Of a stretch of 64,000 bases of DNA, positions 54,308 to 64,000 are shown one piece after another; position 1 is the stretch's first letter, and every line of letters begins with the position of its first letter. A program made the position numbers and the translations under genes. Below the pieces are notes generated by a model. It was given only the letters and a program-made list of their open reading frames with translations. It was not told where the DNA came from and made no database searches. This stretch comes from Setoptus koraiensis (taxonomy: Eukaryota; Animalia; Arthropoda): contig CM106585.1 of assembly GCA_048013815.1 (NCBI GenBank), forward strand, positions 8,122,001 to 8,186,000, given 5' to 3'.

Positions 54308-57300
54308 ATGACAACCACCGAAATAAGAAGCACTATGAGTCAACAAAACAATAACATTCATATAAAACAACAAAATGATCCCTATCAACTACACCAGCAT
54401 CTCATTAATCAACAGGTGCAAACAGAGAGAATCGTGGCCGCCAGAGTGGCGGCAGCCACCGAAGCCAGCAACAAATGGCGTATAATTCTTTCAATAGGGC
54501 TCCTATTGCCCGCTTTGGCAGCTATAGTTGGTAAGTAATGCACCATTGATTGATTTTCGACCTTTGTCGCTGCCCGGCGATACGTTGTCTTGCATTGTTT
54601 GTGATTACATAACTCACAGCAACACATAACAAATAAACGGTTCAACTGCATCATTTGCATAAACTGCAAATCAACGCTAATTTATTGAGCCACAATAGGT
54701 GACCTTGTACCGGCACTATACTTTTCGGTGCAATATGTCAACTGTCAAAGATTATGTCAGTCGCTTAGCGTTTATCTGCCTCTCACCGCGGCACCGACAG
54801 TTACTCACGTGTGTCATTGTTCAACAACGATTCAATTATGACAATTGGGCTCATGATATACCGTAGCAAAAGTTATGAAAATAATCTAGGAATATCTCTG
54901 CAAAGAAATAAAAATAAGTACGGGTATTAAGGGATATGAAGTGCCCTAGCGATCGATTAATACTTTCGTCAATGGTGTCGGAGTGAGCCAATTGCGGCTG
55001 GCGCCATAATAATGATAATCATAATAGTGATGGCAACGATAATCATTTATTGTGTTTGAATGTAAGTGTGTTTGTGAGCGCGACCATATGCCAGGTGAAT
55101 TTATCCGAATATCTTGCGATACGTAAGTGCACCCCAATAAGCTATTCGGTCCATTCTATTTGGCGACTAGCTTCGGGATACACACACACATTGAGCGGGC
55201 AATTATATTTGACACCACACTGGTAATAGTTATGCAACAAGTTGGTTAATTTTGGTGATCGAAGTCGGAAGGAAAAGGCTAAAAAGATGCAAGAGAATCG
55301 TGTTTTGGCCGTGCCACCGTCACCAACACACACACCACCGACACAATGTCGAGTCGAGCCGAGTATCTGGTCTGATGAATAGTGGTAATAATAGTATGGT
55401 GGTGGTAATATATTACGCACCACAGCCTTTGTGTGATCACTTTTGCTCACTTTTGTAATCTCCGGTCTTCAGTCCACTAGTCAGCAGCAGCAACAGTGTT
55501 GTATGCCTGGAGTAGAGGCGATATCGCAGCGAAGAGCGAAAGAGAAATTTGTTCAGTACTGGCGAGCATGGGTGAATATGGGCCAATTAAACTATCATTA
55601 TTTTCGTTCTTTCTCTTTGATCAATTCGCCAAGAGCCACCTTCGCCTCTGCCCCAGCGAAGGTGATAGTTGAACGAATAAAGCTGAGATTTCGTCTCAGT
55701 CTGTGAGTGTCTTTGGTGTCTCCCTGTGTTCACGAAATATGAATATCATGAGAAGGAAGAATCATTAACTACATCGGCTACACTTGCCAACAATGATATT
55801 GAACAATCATACTGAAGGTGCAATGTATCCGTCCATGTGTGTCCGTGTTGTTGGTTTCATAATAGCAATTATAATGGAAAGATGAATGGAAAGTATAGGG
55901 AATAGTAGTACCAACGACAGCAACGACCACTACGTAGAGGAAGAGGAACAGTACCATTACTATTGTTATTAGTAGTACTATTTGAATAACGTCACCTGTC
56001 AGGTCTATCAATCTTCATAATGCATGAATTGTAGCGAGACATTCGTTCGCTCTCGCTTTCTCTCAGCTGAAAGAGTCCGAGGCAGAAAGAAACACCATCA
56101 TTGATAGAGGCAAATGTTAACTATCAGTCTATTGGTGTGGAAAAAGAGGAAGAAACTTCCAACGTGATGGAAATATTACAACTAATATTACCGCACCAAC
56201 AACATGCAAACTAACCACGATGCTGATGATCTTGATAACTAGCAACTTCTGGCCACCACTTTCTATTTTTAAATTTCGGCCACTTGTTACCTGTTTATTT
56301 GCAGACATTCCGTTCTGCTAGCGGATTTACAAGTTTATTGCTATATCTAACCGTTGTAATATGTATGTGGCCGTATTTATCCAAATTAAGAATTTGCATG
56401 TGTGTGAAGTAGAGATACTATAAACAAGTTGGTTTCACCATAGAGATGTGTGCAGATAAACGAGTCAAGTAGTAGTAGTCATCATGTTATGAAATCTTTT
56501 CGTTATGTATCTCACCGTCTTATCACTTTGTATGATCATCATCATTATGGTGTTTGTGTTCATAATGACATGGATACGCTTGAAAATTGAATTGCAATTA
56601 TTCAATCAACTGGACTTTTTCGTAACAAACTGCAAACAGATGCATTGAATTGAATCTTCTCATCCTATCCACATTTTTAGTTTGCTCTTTTTTTTGTGAT
56701 GACATTCTTCACACTTTGTCCATGATATTCTTTGTGGGTAATATTCTTTGGACAGTTGCATGCATGATTGGCGTTGTTGTTACGCGTTCGAATTGGCTTC
56801 TCATTGCAGCCATCATCTATACAGCAACACTTTGATGGCCTGCACACTTTCTAATTGTTTCGTGTATCACCTGTAACTGTTATAAATATTGTAATAAATA
56901 TTGTTTATTGTATGCTAGGCATATATAGTTAAATCTATCGCAATGAATTCGTTCGGCCATTGCCATCACAGTCCAGTTGAATATGTATGTCAATGTGTAG
57001 TCTCATCATTTCACTGTTGTTTCTTGTCCAATCTGTCCAATAATCCGGTTGTTGCTGTTGACTGTTATCCAGATAATTATAATGCTTACAACTGTCCGCA
57101 AAAATTATGGTTGAACTTCTCTAGATGAGGAATGTATGAGATGCGATAATGTAAAAGGATAGCTAATCGCTGATTATGATTAATGATAAGACCCCAAGGA
57201 CAGGTTAGTGTTAGATAAATTCATTTATCGTTTAATTATCAAGGTTAAACGTCACAGAATCTGTGCTCTTTCGTGGCTTGGTCAGTGAGCTCAAGTTGGG

Positions 57301-57850
57301 TCAAGTTTTTTTTTTCAGCAACAATCCATATTTTTAATTGCGTCCAGTCAATCTGGCGACAGATTAAACGATTCAATTTGCACTAAATGTACAACTCATA
57401 AATAAGCAAGCAATAATCTGATAACCTACATACATTACCTAACACGTTTCAATTTTCGATTAGATTTGCTTAATTACTAATCAAAGTCCCTTTTCATTAA
57501 TTTCTTTATCATTAATCCATGTAGGTATCGTTGCCTGGGCCATCAGTATTGAGGTTGCTTCCGATCCTAGCCTTCAAGCATCTAGCAGTACCATGTTTAT
57601 TAAACCAGTCAACAAGCAACGTTCGTCAGCAATACCATCCTCTTTGCCTCTTATAGCAGCGGCGCCCAATCACAACAATCATCCTAACAGGCAACAGAAA
57701 ATTGTGTCTAGGGTAGACTCAGCGAATAATAGAATATCCTTCAATAGCAAAAACAATAATCAATATTCAGATGACGGAAATAGCAACGTGCAAGCATTAA
57801 CTTCCACTGTCAATCTCAATATCAGATCCTCTCACTTGACTACAGATGAG
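54308..57850 (+). CDS. First two coding exons of an uncharacterised type II single-pass membrane protein; gene probably continues downstream
   Basis: Exon 54308-54530 ends at the strong donor GTTG|GTAAGT (phase 1). Acceptor CATGTAG|GT at 57524/57525 continues in frame into track ORF 57593 and completes one TM helix, KWRIILSIGLLLPALAAIVG-IVAWAISIE. The exon ends at donor GAG|GTGAGT (57850, phase 0). Confidence 0.65.
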
Positions 57851-60800
57851 GTGAGTATAAAACAAAATGAACCTTGGAATCAAGTTCACAATCGCCTAAA
57901 TTTGTTAAGTTTGGTCTTAATAGCAGTTGCTAAATCGAGATATAAGAATAATCTCATTCTTATGTAAACGAGTTCATAGTTCATTGTGTCCGAGACGGTA
58001 TCACTAAAGAAACACAAAGATACGTGTAGTTCAAGTTGAGCTAAATAGCAAAACAATGTTGTGGGTGGGAAGATAATAAAGAGCATCAGTTAGAGATGAG
58101 AGTTGCACAGCAGAGACGAAGAAGATGCAACAAGATCAAACTAACTTCTCGAACATGTGTTCTAGTTTGTTGCTATCGCAACAAACTATGCGAAAACTTC
58201 GAACCAGATATGTTAATTTAGATGCGAGGAGTTGTTGTATCTGCTTTATACATATTAAATCTTTGTGAGATCCTGACAGTTCTAGTTGCCTACACTACGA
58301 CAATGTGTACATCGATAGCAGACTAATCCAGTCAATAGTTTATCTGAGACAAATTAACTATTCTACTATAATTCTAAATATAAATTCTATAGTTTCGGTT
58401 GTGGATAGCCAAGAATTGTACATGCATTGCGAGCCCAATCAAACGAATGCTGTGATCTCAATGAGTAAGGTGGATGGAGAAATCTGATGACACTTGTTGA
58501 TTGGTGTTTGATTGCTAGGCGACAACTATAAATCTTAGCGCTCATTACTTTCAAAACAAACACCTAAAAACTTCCATGAAGTCTTCAATGTGTACATGTG
58601 TCATTTAATGGTATGTTTATCAAGCCGAATAGAAATCGAACGTAGAAAAAGTGCCGTTGTTTACATGAAATAATATCCACCTAATGGAACATGGTTCGAT
58701 GGACCATTCCTGCTGGGAAGAGATAAAGGGAGAGAGAGCGAGAGAGAGAGGCTTGAGGCAATCACCTGTCCAGTCGCAAGTGCTATTGCGTCCGTATATT
58801 TCTGCAAGGCATTATCTAAATAGCATGTGTGACGTTTATTATTATTTTTACTCTCCCAAAGTTGGTAGTTAGCTTTTTCTTCGTTGCTGCTGTTGCCGTT
58901 GTTCTTGGCTAGCAATCTTGATGAATGAAAGTTAGTGTGAATTGTTTTCTTCATAATCATGATTGTTGTTTGTTTCTTTTTAGTTGTTATCAATGTTGAT
59001 GCTGTTCTGCCGCTGTCGCTGTTGGCCGTTGACGCTGCGGAACAAAGATGAGATTTGAAGTGAAGAGAAGAATGAAAGAAAGAGAAGCGAGAATATCTTC
59101 ACCTATTAATCAAGAGTACGTCTGGCCCGCTGAAAATTAGAATTCTCCACAGCAACCTCTCTAAACATTTGGTGCAAAGGTAGTTGTGAAGTAGAGATTC
59201 TATCTCTCCATGAGTATGTATGCGTGTTTATATTTAGTCAACTCACTGATGACAGTGGCGGCTGTGGCGCCAGACCACTACTTGAACTAAATTTTTCAGC
59301 GAGTCTAAAGTTGATAGAATTTTAGGCCAAATCCAAATTCAAAATCATCATTATCATACTCAAAAACATAATGTTAAATAAATACTTGCACTTGCTTGTG
59401 CTTGTTGTTGTTGTTAGCCTTGTGCCTCGTTGTTGGCGATTTTTGTTCGTTTATTTCTAGAGTTCGTCGCATATAACAATTGTGTGTGTCTCTATGATGG
59501 AGAAAAATAGATGAAAACAGCAGAGGGCTTTTATTCTCTTTACAAGATACATGCCATCTGGTTGTTACAGATGAAACAACAGCGGGTGACCACCGATGAC
59601 GATCGTCTAACGAGTGGCAGTTATAAGCGCATTGTGGGCTGTAGCTTTTACCCGCTGCAACGGCTCTAAAAAGCTTACTTGTTAGGTCCATTAAATCTAG
59701 CTTGCTGTGAGAGTAGTAATTGAATCTCAAATGGAATGAACAAGGGAGCGCTCATGTCCGCCTTGCTCTACCCAATTCCATGGATAGTAGTGGCCAAGAT
59801 AACCATGTTGATTGACCACCAGCATTCAGCGTTCGACAAATTCACTTCATCACACATACACACGGAGCAGTTCTATTCTTTGCTTCTCTCCATTTCTTTT
59901 CCCATTACACAACATACAAAAATTGCGAGTCTGTTCATATATCGATCATAAATAGATATTGTTGCCTCATGGAACATTGTCATGCTGGCTTGCCCTCATA
60001 ATGCAGCTGTAACGACACGCGCTTTTCTCGTTTTGTAAGAGCACGCGAATACAGCAGGAAGTAAGCTGATTATAGCATCAAGATAATCATGGCTAAAAAA
60101 AAAATTCGTATTGACGCTCAACGTTTCATCTAGCAAAGAGTGAAGGTGCTTGTTTGTTGCTGTTGTAAACGACAGAAAATTGTTGTCGCTTAAAATAGCT
60201 CGCTTCTTGGTAGCCTAAGGCCTCATGGCGACTTGACAAAAGTGTGTATTATTCTTGTAAATAAAAACCTCATGTTATGTCATGTTAGTAACAGTTGTAG
60301 TAGCTAGCCTTTGTTTCAGCTCCTTCCTCCCTTGCAGTTGATGCCTATGTATAGTATAAGATAAAGACATTACATAAGCGTTACATCAATTTGATTAGTT
60401 GGATCGACAGGTAGCGAGTCAAGTAGATAGGCAGCCTGCACACAAACATTAGCAGAAGCGTCAATAAAGAAGATGTCGCTAGTGTGAGAATAAGTGTTTG
60501 CCCTGGCACTTAACAGCAAGGCTCAACATGCTTACTGACCATCGCCTATTGTAGTGGTAGTAGCAGTAGCCATCATGATGGGTGAGTTGTAGTGCGATGG
60601 TTTTCCTTCTCCTTGTTTCCTACTGTGGCATGCCTTGTTGTGATTGTACCCACCTGTCACTCCAACGAACACACACATACACACATTTTGTATGTTGTCA
60701 AACAAGCGAAGCTGTAAGCACGAAAATAATAACACCGAATGATAATAATAACAGCAACAACGACAACAACAACAACAACAACAAATCAACATTCATAACA

Positions 60801-61798
60801 GCTTGTCGTCAATGATGCTGGTCATCGCCTTTGACCACCTCTGATCTTTGAGTGTGTTTATTTGTCATCCACATCCTTTACATAATGCTCTCTTTCGTGA
60901 GCTCTTATATTTAGTATGGCATGTAAGTCTCTTGTTTGTGTGTGTGAGTAAGTGCATGGTTTCTACGGCTGGCTGAGTTTCTTGCACTAGCACAGAGTGT
61001 GTCTTAACTTATTAATAGCACATTACATAACATATCGATGGAGTGGTTCTGTCAGAATGATATACATAAGGCCAGCGCATGTTGACTGGCCGATGCTTTG
61101 GTCACGCGACTCGGGGATTACACACAATTTAATACAGGTTAGCAGTGTCCGTTGCTAGCTGGCAGTTGGCTAGTTGTGCAGTTGATCGGAAGGCTATCTC
61201 CTGGCGTTGATACATACGGGTGCCCATGTGCCTGTTTGCAGATGGTTATGTAACATGATAGGTTTTAATTAGATGAATAGGGCAGTGCGCTTATAGAGGT
61301 TTGCAGGCAGCATTGTTAGCGGCTGACCACACCACTTTCGCTCCTTTTCTCTGTCTAGACTTGCCACCGCTGGATTCAATGGAAATTTAGCATATAAATA
61401 TATATTTTGGCCTATTATCCCATGAGTAATGCCCATCGATATGCCATTGCTGGACATCCCGTGTGTGTGTGTGTGTGTGTATAATAATGCTGATAATAAT
61501 AATAATGATGGCGATATTGCCAATAATAATGATAGTGATATTGCTAATTTCACTTTCACAACGAGCCGCTATGCCCATGATTGATTGATGGAGCGTTGCA
61601 TTTGGCAGCTTGTTGTGGCAGCAAAGTAGCACACACCAATTTGTCGGTCGGTGCAATGGCCAGTGGCCGGCCTCAGTCTCATTAGGCGTGACTACTCCTC
61701 ATTGATTATTGGTGGCATTAATCAATTCAATTGGCGGTGATTGGCCAAGAGAGCTTGGTGTGTCTTTTATCAATAATTCATTCGTTTCGACTTTTCAG

Positions 61799-61896
61799 TC
61801 GCCCGATGCGCCGTTCGACGTTGGCATGTTGCAGGCCAGGCACAGAAGTTGCGAGCCAGCAGTTAGCCTGGCCCGCAGTGAGAGTGGCTCTCTCGC
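61799..61896 (+). CDS. Candidate internal exon (SPDAPFDVGMLQARHRSCEPAVSLARSESGSL) of the type II membrane protein gene
   Basis: Flanked by acceptor TTCGACTTTTCAG| and donor GC|GTAAGT. Its phase-0 start is compatible with the exon ending at 57850. Confidence 0.4.
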
Positions 61897-63208
61897 GTAA
61901 GTGTTTGTTCGATTTTATTCGACGCATCGATCGAGCCATCAGCAACTAGACGGCGCAATTTGTGTGGCGAGATTGATTTTTCAAGATGGCGTTCATCGAA
62001 AGCATCTCACAATCAGTGGCCGACGGTGCGCATGTCTGTTGTTTGTAAATCAATAGTTGCTGTTGGCGCTGCATTGATGCATTGGCAGTGAGAGTACAAA
62101 ACGTTGTGGCCTATAGCGTGGTGGTGGCAGCAAAAAATACAGCGTTCATCTCTCACAAGAGCGCACACTCACAATGACGAGCCAGCGAACAATCGTTTAG
62201 ACTCACGCCGAACAAAACACACACAAGTTTGCGTATCGAACTTGAGCATGCTAACTGTTAGCGGCTAACAAGCATTGAGTAAAGTCGTCATCGCGATTCG
62301 CCAATGTGTGTGTGTGTGTGTTTATGGATGAGACCATGGCAACAAACGCTCACTCGATTTAATCGAGTCGATTGAGCGCCATTTTGCACAGACACCGGCC
62401 AGCGCTCACAATGTTGTCAGATGGAACATGGGCGATATTCGCCAACAGCTAACACAGCAGCCGCATGTTCGATATTTCCAATGTTCCACAACTCTTTCTC
62501 ATTGTGTGTTGCTATGCAGAGCGCGAAAAGTGCACAAGATTCTCTCCAACGGCGCTCCACTATAGAACAAATGCCACCAATGTGTACCGCTGCCACTTAT
62601 AACATGTTTATTATTCAAAGACAACTTTTGCCACAGTGGCGTATTGGTGCTGCTTTTAGCAGAGCAACTTCAATTTGGCCGCCGCTTGCATGGCCAGGCC
62701 GAATCGAACGGTAGCAAGTTCAAGTTCTGCTGCAACTTGCAGTGTCTCACAAGCGAGGCAAGAGCAATGAGCGCTGATGAACTAGAATGATCGAACGTAG
62801 GCAACTTTTTCTGCATTTTGCCTGCCCGCTTCATGATCAACATCGCCATCTTGGTGCATTCTAATATTTGGAGCTACTTAAACATTATGTATATATGCAA
62901 CAACTCAAAATGTACGCCGAGACAGAGAGCGAGAGTGGACCGCTTCATTTGTCGTTCGCTGGCTGCACACAGCGAACACTTTCAAGTTGAATTTAAATTA
63001 GAAACATTAGACTTGCAAAGCTCCAGCATCCACTCACACACAATCACTGCTGCAGAGGCAACTGGCGAGCTGGAGCAATTAAAACTACGGCCACTTTCTT
63101 CCAATATCCATGCCCGAGAAACAGCTTAGCCGGTTGTTGCAGCCGATGCACCGTGTTGGTCACAAACAGCAGTTGCAGCAACCACATCACTTGTTGCTGC
63201 TCTTGTTC

Positions 63209-63210
<2 letters not shown>

Positions 63211-63244
<34 letters not shown>
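63211..63244. repeat. (GT)17 microsatellite
   Basis: Perfect dinucleotide run. Confidence 0.95.
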
Positions 63245-63246
<2 letters not shown>

Positions 63247-64000
63247 GCCACTAACACTAAGCCAGCCATCCAATCTGCCAAGACCATCTTTGTGTGCGCT
63301 GGCAAACCTGGCGAATCATCAATATTCACATGAGGAGAAGAAGAAAGCCCGATAAGAACAAAAACATTGGAGGTATATTTATTTGGGTCACTCTGCAGCG
63401 ACAGCAGCAGCGGCGGCGCCACCACCACCACCTGAGCCAGACAGACGCAGCCAGTGTTAGATAAAATAGATATAACTTAATCTAACAGTCCATCTAGTCA
63501 GACGAGCCATTGCCTCACAGCGCCGGGCTCAAGCCGGCTCCAACAAGTTGGTTAGCTCGTTGGCCCACCGAGTGAAATAAAATCAACACTTGATCACACA
63601 GTAATGATCAATGATATGAAAAGGCCCATTTATATGCTCGAGGATAATCATCAATAACAAAAGTGAGAGTAACCACACAAACACACACACACAGTAACGG
63701 GAGTAGTATTAGCACCTAGTTTCGATATCAGCGAAAGTGGCAGTGGCTTTAAAAAAATGTATACCCTGTTCGTCGTTACAGGATCGCATGTTAGCCGAGG
63801 CATCTAATCTGCTCGCTCTCTGTAATACCTAACCACGCCAGGTCTGTGTGATGATGATGCCAAATGATGAATGACGCATGCCAACAAGCGACCCGAGTCA
63901 CAACTATAAGGTGTTGGCTGCTGACCTGTGCCGCTGTTGATGCGCAATGTAACTTCTCCATTTCGATTATAATAATACAAGTATGTATAAGCTATTATCA

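Noticed and set aside
55778-56011. 77-aa hydrophobic minus-strand ORF
   Set aside because: TTG start, lies in a predicted intron of the plus-strand gene, and hydrophobicity derives from simple repeats.
1-64000. tRNA, rRNA or snRNA genes
   Set aside because: None recognised by eye; a covariance-model scan would be needed to exclude them.

Overview
Eukaryotic (arthropod) genomic DNA. The short GT-AG introns, very long intronless genes, tight housekeeping spacing and CAA/GT/GA-rich noncoding DNA suggest a compact acariform mite genome, possibly eriophyoid-like; this is inference. Genes left to right: a secreted CUB-domain protein running off the left edge (minus, missed by the ORF track); an FCHo/SGIP1-type mu-homology-domain protein apparently without F-BAR; a decayed DD37D (maT) Tc1/mariner transposase; about 11 kb of mostly noncoding DNA with a GC-rich island; a 3-exon unknown protein ending in a CCaaX box; a 4-exon glucosylceramidase (GBA); a 10.85-kb single-ORF, cysteine-free, low-complexity membrane protein; an intronless Lrrk kinase; mRpL46 head-to-head with RFC1; and a multi-exon type II membrane protein gene. 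The most unusual item is RFC1. It lacks the N-terminal BRCT extension and ends in an acidic patch, six AKAEPK repeats and a canonical PIP box (QGTILGFF), an architecture resembling archaeal RFC-L. Many small ORFs in the track are microsatellite or antisense artefacts. All calls come from manual reading; no database searches were run.
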